Assembly: GCA_041739675.1 (NCBI GenBank)
Contig: JBGSNL010000053.1
Coordinates: 1-57,679, forward strand
From: a bacterium
GTDB lineage: Bacteria > UBA10199 > 2-02-FULL-44-16 > DYJF01
DNA length: 57,679 bases
Reading direction: 5' to 3'
The position numbers and the translations under genes are program-made. Shown here one piece after another: positions 1 through 8,300 of this stretch; position 1 is the stretch's first letter; each line of letters opens with the position of its first letter. The notes beneath the pieces are model-generated. The model was not told the DNA's origin and ran no database searches. It saw only the letters and a list, made by a program, of their open reading frames with translations.

Positions 1-94
1 AGCGCTATCTTTCAAAGCATTTCAACTTCGCACATAGTGGCACAGATGTTGCTAAAACAAATTCAGTCAGGAGGCAAATGATAAGAAAGCCTGT

Positions 95-123
95 TTGCAA
101 TGGTATACACTATCGTGTATACT
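95..123 (+). promoter_or_regulatory. sigma70-type promoter with overlapping palindromic operator of the TA operon
   Basis: TTGCAA-N17-TATACT. The perfect inverted repeat GTATACAC-tatc-GTGTATAC (103-122) overlaps the spacer and -10. AGGAGG RBS precedes ATG 146. Confidence 0.75.
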
Positions 124-145
124 TTATATGTGAGGAGGCGATCTT

Positions 146-415
146 ATGTACAATTACGTTACCTTGAAAGAATTGAGGCCGAAATTGCCCAAGATCATAG
201 ACAAGGTGGATTCCGAACTGGACCGCTACATAATTTCCAAACATGGAAACCCTGTCGCCGTTTTGCTCTCAATCGACGATTTTGAGAGTCTGATTGAGAC
301 GCTAAACGAAAAAGATGATAAGGAGAATCTGAGGCGGATCCGGCGCGGTCTAGAGGAAGCGAAAGCCGGCAGGACGGTTGACTGGAAGAAAGTCAAAGCA
401 AAATATCACTTATAG
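146..415 (+). CDS. Phd/YefM-family type II antitoxin
   Basis: 89 aa with a Phd-like N-terminus (VTLKELRPKLPKIIDKV...YIISKHGNPVAVLLS...LIETL), a strong RBS, directly upstream of a RelE-like toxin. Confidence 0.9.
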   Translation: MYNYVTLKELRPKLPKIIDKVDSELDRYIISKHGNPVAVLLSIDDFESLIETLNEKDDKENLRRIRRGLEEAKAGRTVDWKKVKAKYHL

Positions 416-697
416 ATGCAGAGAGCTGAGCAAAAAGTGTATCGAGTGCAGCTTACCAAACAGGCCGAAAAAGCCTTTGACACAATCATTGAATCGCAGC
501 CTAAAATGGGAACGCGGATCGCGCAGGCGATCGATCGTCTCGCCCAAGACCCGACTATAGGGGTTTCATTAAAGGCCGATCTGAAGGGCTGTTACAAATA
601 CCGCGTCGGTTCTTACAGGATAATTTATCAGATTGAACATTCTGTTCTGCTTGTTGTCGTCATCGACATCGGCCACCGCAAGGAAATCTACCGCTAG
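416..697 (+). CDS. RelE/ParE-family type II toxin
   Basis: YRVQLTKQAEK...YKYRVGSYRIIYQI...VIDIGHRKEIYR is typical of RelE. The start could be GTG 437. Confidence 0.9.
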   Translation: MQRAEQKVYRVQLTKQAEKAFDTIIESQPKMGTRIAQAIDRLAQDPTIGVSLKADLKGCYKYRVGSYRIIYQIEHSVLLVVVIDIGHRKEIYR

Positions 698-748
698 GGC
701 TGATTGGCGCCGGCGCCCCGCCCACCAGTCTGTCATTCTGAACGAAGT

Positions 749-827
749 GAAGAATCCCGATTTAGTGAACAGTAATCAGTGATCAGTTTTCAGCGGGCCG
801 CAAATTGTCAAATGTCAAGGTCTGACC
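749..827. repeat. direct repeat, copy 1 (79 bp)
   Basis: Identical to 1864-1935 except for one extra 7-nt unit (AATCAGT). Confidence 0.9.
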
Positions 828-842
828 ATGAGCGTTGTTTCC

Positions 843-1244
843 TTAATCTTGGTTCGCTCTTGCGAGACCGCCAAGAATGGCACCTGTTATGATTCCGCCC
901 GCAATCACGAGAGCGCCGGCGACGACCCCGATTGTCAGGCCGGTTGAAAACTGTCGTGCGCACATACTTTTCAGTTGGGTCAGCCGATAATACTGATAAT
1001 CCTGCTTCTCTTCGAATCTGATACCAATGAGATCATTATTAATGATGAGATGATCCCCTTTGATCTTCCATTCCTGCCCATCAGTGAATTGTATAATATA
1101 GTCTTTTTCGGGATCGATTTGGATTGCTTGATAGTCCGCCGCCGTTTGAATGGGCAATTTTTTACAAGTTGTGCATGCGGCGGTGGTAAGAATAAAAGTT
1201 GAGACTGTCATTGCCGCCACTGTCTTCTTAAGAGGTATTTCCAC
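843..1244 (-). CDS. hypothetical lipoprotein with C-terminal TM helix
   Basis: KK plus hydrophobic stretch plus TAAC lipobox-like motif; Gly-rich hydrophobic C-terminus. Confidence 0.65.
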   Translation of the reverse strand: MEIPLKKTVAAMTVSTFILTTAACTTCKKLPIQTAADYQAIQIDPEKDYIIQFTDGQEWKIKGDHLIINNDLIGIRFEEKQDYQYYRLTQLKSMCARQFSTGLTIGVVAGALVIAGGIITGAILGGLARANQD

Positions 1245-1255
1245 TTGCTCTCACC

Positions 1256-1633
1256 TCATAAAGAAGAATCCAATAAGATATCGCACGGATTTGAACTGGG
1301 ATTATTACAATAGATCTGGTAGTCGAATTCTTCGGTGGGAGAATGAAATACGCATTCATACGGAGTGCCGCCGGAGTCGATGGTGAGTTGAATCAGCCCA
1401 AACCTATCCATCGTGCCTGAAAGCACCTGGCTTGTCAGCCCGTCCAGTTCCACACTGCAACCGTTTTGCGTCATTATCAGATCGGAAGAGGCTTCAAACG
1501 GACAAGTGTTCTGGGCAACGGCCAAGACACGAATCACTTCATAGTTTGTGGCATAATCCCCACAATCGGCGCCACCGCCACCGGAGCAAGCGGAGAGAAA
1601 CAGAAAAAGTACGGGGAAAAACAGTCTTTTCAT
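1256..1633 (-). CDS. hypothetical Cys-containing lipoprotein
   Basis: MKRLFFPVLFLFLSAC-SGGGG lipobox; co-oriented with 843-1244 across an 11-bp gap. Confidence 0.75.
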   Translation of the reverse strand: MKRLFFPVLFLFLSACSGGGGADCGDYATNYEVIRVLAVAQNTCPFEASSDLIMTQNGCSVELDGLTSQVLSGTMDRFGLIQLTIDSGGTPYECVFHSPTEEFDYQIYCNNPSSNPCDILLDSSL

Positions 1634-1863
1634 GCGCAATGATGCTTATCTACCCGAGGTTCCCAAGTCAACTTCAATTCATGACATGATTGTGGAACGG
1701 CACAAGCAGGCTGCTCAGAATGATTAGCGCCAAACGACTTTAACTGCGTTGTTCCGTGACGGGTGGTTCAGGGGAGGTTCCCAAGGTTCCCGCGATAAGT
1801 GTCCGACACTTATGAGGGGGACTCTATTAGTCTATCATTCTGATCTCAAGCGAAGTCGAGAGG

Positions 1864-1935
1864 GAAGAATCCCGATTTAGTGAACAGTGATCAGTTTTCA
1901 GCGGGCCGCAAATTGTCAAATGTCAAGGTCTGACC
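1864..1935. repeat. direct repeat, copy 2 (72 bp)
   Basis: GAAGAATCCCGATTTAGTGAACAGTGATCAGTTTTCAGCGGGCCGCAAATTGTCAAATGTCAAGGTCTGACC matches 749-827. Confidence 0.9.
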
Positions 1936-1948
1936 CTGTTTGCTGTTC

Positions 1949-1984
1949 AAAAAAATGGTCGAGTTTCTTTAACAAACTCGACCA
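1949..1984 (-). terminator. intrinsic terminator of the FGE-domain gene
   Basis: 11-bp stem TGGTCGAGTTT/AAACTCGACCA followed by T7 on the minus strand, 28 bp after the stop. Confidence 0.75.
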
Positions 1985-2012
1985 AGAGCAAAACAATGAA
2001 AGTCCATTTTAC

Positions 2013-2747
2013 TTATTCGGCGTCTTGGGCCGGAGCGACGCAGCGAAAGCCGATATGGTAGTGCCGTCTGTCGGGCAGATAAAAAGCGGGGGAATCAGCG
2101 AGCAGGATCTGGGTGCCGTAATAGTCCCACGACCCGCCGCGAATAAACATATAACCACTTTGATCTTCGTCTCTCGTCCATTCACTCACATTTCCAGTCA
2201 TGTCATAGACACCATTTGGATTTGGTAAGGTAAAACCGACATCTGCAGGCCCGTCGGCCTCATAAATTGCTTCTGAGTGACTCAAATTTCCACTCGCAGT
2301 ACAATATTCTCCGTTCCCACAAGCGTTCTCCCACTGACGGTTAGTTGGAAGATCCCCACCGGGATATAATCCGGCACAAACGTCCCTTGCCTCCTGCCAT
2401 GTTCTAGACACCACCGGTTTCCTAGGCCCGGCCATATTTCTTTCCGCCTGAGGTTTTGATTCTGCAACCACGGGCCTTACTTCGACACTGGAGACGTCCG
2501 ATCCCTGAATCCGTCTTGCAGCCTCCTCCCTCAACGGAGCCTCCGCGGGACCGGTTTCTCTCTCCGTTCGTCCGTTTATCAACCTGATAAGCAACTCAAA
2601 TCCTGCCCTTAACACTGTCGCCCAATAACTGTTGTCCTGCTCTTGTGTCACCTCGGTCTTCCCGATACAAAAAGCCGGCTCATCGGGATGAGAAGCACCA
2701 TTCGGTCTGATAAGAACCATTCCTTCAGAGCATCTTAGTTCACCCAT
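2013..2747 (-). CDS. formylglycine-generating-enzyme (FGE-sulfatase/SUMF1, CLec fold) domain protein; possible DGR target
   Basis: Motifs FCIGKTEVTQ, LPTNRQWE, PNGVYDMTGNVSEWT, RGGSW and IGFRCV; AGGAGG RBS. Confidence 0.88.
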   Translation of the reverse strand: MGELRCSEGMVLIRPNGASHPDEPAFCIGKTEVTQEQDNSYWATVLRAGFELLIRLINGRTERETGPAEAPLREEAARRIQGSDVSSVEVRPVVAESKPQAERNMAGPRKPVVSRTWQEARDVCAGLYPGGDLPTNRQWENACGNGEYCTASGNLSHSEAIYEADGPADVGFTLPNPNGVYDMTGNVSEWTRDEDQSGYMFIRGGSWDYYGTQILLADSPAFYLPDRRHYHIGFRCVAPAQDAE

Positions 2748-2989
2748 AAAATTCCTCCTGTTTTTTTAAACCCAACTTCTTTATCGACTGACGGTCAAAA
2801 AAGTTGCCTCTTTTTTTCTCAACCCAAATCCGTCAGTTCCGAATATGACATGGATTTTTAATGGTTACAAGTCCGCCAAATCTAAGTCGACACTGTTTAC
2901 GGCAACATCCTAATCCCGTTGTGGCTTTGCATCAACAGAGATTTCAGGGAGGCAGCTTCAATGGGGATAATGATGGCAAAGGCGCTGTA

Positions 2990-3133
2990 TTATTGCATCC
3001 GAGCCCAGAGCATCTTGCTGACTTCGGTGAGGCGGGATTTGATGGCGCTGCAAACCAGTGGAGGCATGATGCCGAAGGATGAAGCAAGATCGACACATGC
3101 AGAAACTTCCACAGCCGATGCGCGGGCGATTTC
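2990..3133 (-). pseudogene. C-terminal fragment of a four-helix-bundle protein (third paralogue)
   Basis: Reads EIARASAVEVSACVDLASSFGIMPPLVCSAIKSRLTEVSKMLWARMQ*, which aligns with IIARASAGEVSSILDIAHAY...RLLQVVKMLYHLR of the neighbouring gene. No start codon lies between it and the in-frame TAG at 3152-3154. Confidence 0.75.
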
Positions 3134-3158
3134 GCGGGGCCATCTGGCACCCTACGGG

Positions 3159-3494
3159 TTATCTCAGATGATAGAGCATCTTCACGACCTGAAGGAGGCG
3201 ATCCTGAAGCGCATTGTAGTCCTCATCTCGGATAAGCCGATAAGCATGGGCGATATCGAGAATCGATGAGACCTCACCAGCGGAGGCGCGGGCAATGATG
3301 AAAAAGCGCGCCCGCTCCTTGGTTGAATATCTGTAATTGCCCTCCGCGATGTTCAATACCACACTCGACGCTGCCCTCTTGAGCTGATCTTCCAGATATC
3401 CGTAACCCGCTGGCCATTTACTTATTAGCGCTGGCACCTTTCTTGCCGCCTCTAGCGCATACTCGTAACATTTCAATTTCTGGTGGTTGAACAT
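3159..3494 (-). CDS. four-helix-bundle protein (23S rRNA IVP / Avd-like family)
   Basis: 111 aa: MFNHQKLKCY...LEDQLKRAASSVVLNIAEG...RFFIIARASAGE. GGAGG RBS precedes ATG 3494. Confidence 0.9.
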   Translation of the reverse strand: MFNHQKLKCYEYALEAARKVPALISKWPAGYGYLEDQLKRAASSVVLNIAEGNYRYSTKERARFFIIARASAGEVSSILDIAHAYRLIRDEDYNALQDRLLQVVKMLYHLR

Positions 3495-3509
3495 AAATCC
3501 TCCTTTGTC

Positions 3510-3559
3510 GTTTTTGGCCTCTTGCCTCTCACCCTTATGGGAGGCAAGAGGCCAAAAAC
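3510..3559. repeat. perfect 19-bp inverted repeat between the divergent four-helix-bundle genes
   Basis: GTTTTTGGCCTCTTGCCTC (3510-3528) and GAGGCAAGAGGCCAAAAAC (3541-3559). Confidence 0.92.
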
Positions 3560-3574
3560 AACAGGAGGTGTTCA

Positions 3575-3910
3575 ATGAATCACCAGAAATTGAAATGTTA
3601 TTGTGTATTGCTAGGTGTCGCAAGAAAGTTGCCAGCGCTCATAGAAAAGCTGCCCAAGGGTAACTATTTTCTGGAAGATCAGCTCAAAAGAGCATTGGGA
3701 AGTGGAATATTGAATTTATCGGAGGGCAACAGCAGACGCTCAATCAAGGAGCGGAACCGGTTTTTTGATATCTCGCTTGCCTCCATCGCGGAGACGGCTT
3801 CTGCATTGGATATCATCCACGCATACGGTTATATCACGTCCGCGCTCAATGAAGAGATCAAGGTGGAGCTTCGTATCTCATATGCGATGATAATGAAGCT
3901 CCGTAGGTGA
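3575..3910 (+). CDS. four-helix-bundle protein (23S rRNA IVP / Avd-like family)
   Basis: 111 aa: MNHQKLKCY...LEDQLKRALGSGILNLSEG...RFFDISLASIAE; AGGAGG RBS. Confidence 0.9.
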   Translation: MNHQKLKCYCVLLGVARKLPALIEKLPKGNYFLEDQLKRALGSGILNLSEGNSRRSIKERNRFFDISLASIAETASALDIIHAYGYITSALNEEIKVELRISYAMIMKLRR

Positions 3911-4017
3911 TCTGCAATCTATGATCTATGTTCTGGAACTTAAGCTAGATCTGGAACTTTGATCTGAGAACTGAGAAAGGCGATTAGGATTATGATTAAG
4001 ACTACGATTAAGATTCG
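3908..4017. repeat. degenerate 7-mer then 6-mer tandem repeats
   Basis: TGATCTG/TGATCTA/TGTTCTG/GAACTTA...GATCTGA/GAACTGA, then GATTAG GATTAT GATTAA GACTAC GATTAA GATTCG. Confidence 0.7.
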
Positions 4018-5229
4018 TTATACCCCGCCACTGAGGAGTCGATAGGTCAATACTCCGATCCCTATCAACGCCAGCGCCAGAAGTGTCGCGTAGAATGCGA
4101 TTGTGGCCCATCTTGATTTGACTGGTTTTTTGAGATTTCCCCAATGCCACCATGGTATGAATTGATATGGAAGATCTTCCGGTTCTCCTTCCCTCTCGTC
4201 GAATAGTCCCGTGAACGGCCGCCTCCCGCGCGCTTTCATCTGCTGCGCCCTCATCTCCGTCTGCGTTCCCCCAATGGGGATTCCTAATTCCTGCGCCGCC
4301 CTTTCCTCCGTCGACCCGCTTATGAATTTTCCGGCGGTCGGCAAAAGTGAAACCGGCATCTCCTTGCCACGCGAAACGGCGAGCGCAAGATACATCAGTT
4401 CCTCGCCCGTCATCTGGCTCAGTCTTTCGCGCCCGAACACATCGCCCGGCATCAGAGCCTTGAGCTGCGCCAGCGCATCCGCGATCACGCTGAAGCGCAC
4501 GAACTTTTCGATGCGCCCGTTGCTCAAAACCATATCCGAGATCACAATTCCCTTGTTGCCCTTGGGCACTATACCGCGGAAGAGAAATTCCTGAATCTCG
4601 TCGAACGAAACTTTTTTCGCCACCATGCGGTCCAGGAATTTTGAGAAAAATTCTTTCCACTGCGCTTCCGTCTTTGCCAGAAATCTCGGTTTGCCGTCCG
4701 CGCTCTCGCGCGCCACTGCCCTTCCCCCTTCGAAACGCTCCACTACCATCTGTTCGAACGCCGAGAGCAGCCGCTCTATCTTGCTTTCCGCTTCGCCCGC
4801 TTCCGCCGGCGCGCCCCTTCCCATTCTGTCGCCCAGATAATTTTCGTAGCTCTTCTCCTGCGATCTCACGAGCCTTCCTTTTCTTATCTCCATCTCGGTC
4901 TCGCCGCCGCGGCGCGCATGCTCCCTGCCCTCCGCTCTTTCCGCGCCTCCCTTGCCCTCTTCGCGCCTGTCGTGGATCACTTCCTCGCGGCCGGGGATTC
5001 TGAAGTTCTCGTAGACCTGGGCAGCGTCGACGTTCTTCGACGCCGCCTGAACGAAATGGGGCAGCACCTGCATCAGCTGGAACTTGTCCGCGCCCGTCTG
5101 CTCGGCGATCTGCGGCACCATCGCCTGGATCTGCTCCATCGGCACTCTTGCGCTCACCAGTTCGCTTATCTGGCTCAGTCCGCGCTCAAGTGCGATCTGC
5201 GTTTCGGGCACGAGTTTCGATTGAGTCAT
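4018..5229 (-). CDS. hypothetical protein with C-terminal transmembrane anchor
   Basis: 403-aa ORF, charged, with a single hydrophobic helix at the C-terminus; TATAAT and GGGGG upstream. Confidence 0.75.
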   Translation of the reverse strand: MTQSKLVPETQIALERGLSQISELVSARVPMEQIQAMVPQIAEQTGADKFQLMQVLPHFVQAASKNVDAAQVYENFRIPGREEVIHDRREEGKGGAERAEGREHARRGGETEMEIRKGRLVRSQEKSYENYLGDRMGRGAPAEAGEAESKIERLLSAFEQMVVERFEGGRAVARESADGKPRFLAKTEAQWKEFFSKFLDRMVAKKVSFDEIQEFLFRGIVPKGNKGIVISDMVLSNGRIEKFVRFSVIADALAQLKALMPGDVFGRERLSQMTGEELMYLALAVSRGKEMPVSLLPTAGKFISGSTEERAAQELGIPIGGTQTEMRAQQMKARGRRPFTGLFDEREGEPEDLPYQFIPWWHWGNLKKPVKSRWATIAFYATLLALALIGIGVLTYRLLSGGV

Positions 5230-5319
5230 TTTTCCCCCTGCAATTTTTAATTATACCCTCACATTTTGAAAATCACAACGTTTCTTGCTTTTCCTGCCCT
5301 TCCTGATAAAAACCCGACC

Positions 5320-8300
5320 ATGTCGTCGCCGCTTTCGGGCATACTCAAGGCGATTGAAGAGGGAACAAAGCAAGTCAATGTGAACGGGCTTTGCGGGTCG
5401 TCGTCTGCCTACTTCATTTCAAAAATTATCGGGATAAATCCGGGCGGCACGATCCTCATCCTCACCTCCAATCCGGATCGCGCAAGGGATCTCGAAGAGG
5501 ACCTGAAATTTTTTGTAAACCCCGACCGTCTCGCCGACACCGTTTTGTTTCCCTCTCCCGATGTGCTTCCATACTCGCAGCTTTCGCCCGAGCCCAGATT
5601 GTGGGCGGACCGGATGAATCTCCTCTTCGAACTCGCCCATGGCCGCCCTAAAGTGATCGTCGCGCCGGTCTTTGCGTCTTACCGTCTTCTTCCGCCCAAA
5701 ATTTTCGTTGCCAACGCGGAGCGCATGCTTCGGGTTGAAACCCAAATCGACAGGGAGGATCTCATCTCATGGGCGGCAGAGATGGGCTACACCGACACCG
5801 GAGTCGTCGAGGACATTGGCGAGTTCGCGGTGCGGGGCGGCATCATAGATCTCTGGAGCCCTACCCTTGAGACACCCGTCAGGCTTGAACTTGAAGGGGA
5901 CAAGATATTTTCGATGAGAAAATTCGACCCTGCCTCTCAGCGCTCGCAAGAGGATATAAAGGAAGTCTCGATCATTCCCGTGAGAGACGCCCCGTTTTCA
6001 AAGGAGGGCTGCCGGCTGGCTCTGAACTCGATCATCAAGCTGGCCGAGGAAACGGATTTTCCGGTTGGCGAAAAGAGAAGGCTCCTCGAGATGGTTGGCG
6101 AGCGCATCTCGTTTGCGGGTGTGGAAACGTTCATGCCCCTCTTCCACGGAACCACTGCGACTCTTCTTGATTATCTTCCACATGACGCGCTCATCGTATA
6201 TGACGACCCGCTCGCCATCTCTCAATCTGCAAAGGCGCACCTCGATTCAATTTCGGATCTTGCGGAGCACACGACAAGTCTTGAACGGCTCATCCCCCCT
6301 TCCAGATTATACGTGACGAAAGAGAAATGGGACGCGGAGGCAGCAAAGTTTCAGCAGATGTTCCTAAATGCACTTGTGATTTCACCCTCTCCCTCACCCT
6401 CCCCCATCAAGGGGGAGGGAACCGACACGATCCCCTCTCCCCTTGTGGGAGAGGGTCAGGGTGAGGGGGCGTCCTTCGTAGTTGAAACCTACGCCAACAC
6501 CGACATCCGCCCCACTATGGAAGGCCATCTTAAAGATGAAGACCCCCTGGTCCCCGTCATTAATCTGTTGAGTCAAAGGCAGGCAAAAGGGGAGCACGTG
6601 ATTCTCACCTGCCACACCAAGATCCAGGCGGACAGGCTCAAAGATCTCTTCCGGTGGCGGGGCCTTGCGCTGGCAGAATTTGACGCCCCGTTTGAAACGA
6701 TTCACGGGATGTCCTCCGCCGCGTTCAGATTGAGGATGGCCCGCTTGACCGCGGGCTTCGGCTGGCCGGCCGAATCTCTTTCGATCGTAACCGACGAGGA
6801 GCTCTTCGGCTCGAAGGTTGTGAGGCGACCTGCGGCGCGTCAGCCCATCGAACATTTCACGTCGTTTTCCGAACTTGCCGACGGCGACTATATCGTCCAC
6901 GAACTGCACGGAATCGGGCGATACCGCGGCCTGAAAAATCTCACGATCGCCGGAACGGAGAGCGACTTCATGCTCCTCGAATATCTGGGCGGCGACAAAC
7001 TCTATCTCCCGGTTTACAGACTCAATTTGCTGCAGCGCTATGTGGGCCCCGGAGATGCGCCGCCGTTTCTGGACCGTCTCGGCGGAACGCGCTGGGACAA
7101 GGCACAGAAGCAGGCGCGGCACGATATTTTAACAATCGCGAAGGAACTTTTGAAAATATACGCCGAACGCGAGATATATCCGGGATTCCCCTTCCCCTCC
7201 TCCGATACGAATTTCGAGGAGTTCGCAGCCGCCTTCCCATACGACGAAACACCCGATCAGGAGCGCGCGATCGAAGACGTCATCCGCGACATGGAGATAG
7301 AAAAGCCGATGGACCGGTTGATCTGCGGCGATGTGGGATACGGAAAAACCGAGGTGGCGATGCGCGCCGCATTCAAGGCGACACTCGCCGGAAAACAGAC
7401 GGCGATTCTCGTGCCGACGACGCTTTTAGCGCTCCAGCATTATGAATCTTTCACGAAGAGATTTAAAACCGCGCCGGTGCGCATCGAGATGCTCTCGCGC
7501 TTCCGTTCGAAAAAAGAGCAGCAGGCGATCATAGACGAGATCGGCCGCGGCACGATAGACATCGTCATCGGCACGCACAGACTCTTGCAGAAAGACGTCG
7601 CCTTCAAAGACTTGGGGCTTCTGGTGATAGATGAAGAGCAGCGCTTCGGCGTTTCGCATAAAGAGAAGATCAGAAAGCTGCGCGCCACGGTCGATTGCCT
7701 CACCCTCACCGCCACCCCTATTCCCCGCACGCTCCATATGTCGCTAACGGGCATGCGCGATATCAGCGTCATCGACACCCCTCCTGTCGACCGCCTCTCC
7801 ATCTCGACCCACATCGTGCCCTTCGACGACGGCGTCATAAGGCACGCCATCCTTCAGGAGATCGGCCGCGGCGGCCAGGTCTTCTTCGTCCACAACCGCG
7901 TTGAAACCATTAAGTCGATGGAGGAGCATCTCACAAAACTAGTTCCGGAGGCGAAAATCGCCGTCGCGCACGGGCAGATGAAAGAACACGAGCTCGAAGA
8001 CGTGATGACGCGCTTTCTCGTAAACGAGAGCAACGTTCTCCTCACGACGACAATCATCGAATCGGGGCTCGACATCCCGTCTGCAAACACGATCATCGTG
8101 AACCGCGCCGACACGTTCGGGTTAGCGCAGCTCTATCAGATCCGCGGCCGCGTGGGGAGATCGAACCTCCGGGCATTTGCCTATCTTCTGATTCCCGCCG
8201 ACGGCGACATTACCGACGTCGCAAAAAAACGGCTGACGGTGCTTCAGCGCTTCACTGAACTGGGAAGCGGCTTCCAGATCGCAATGCACGATCTTGAAAT

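Noticed and set aside
728..2012. Integron cassette array (TA pair, small genes, repeated spacers)
   Set aside because: The repeats lack RYYYAAC...GTTRRRY attC ends and no integrase is in the window.
2919..3269. 116-aa plus-strand ORF
   Set aside because: It is the antisense shadow of the four-helix-bundle fragment and gene.
2750..4017. Complete DGR cassette
   Set aside because: I found no reverse transcriptase and no AAC-rich template repeat matching the FGE 3' end anywhere in the window.
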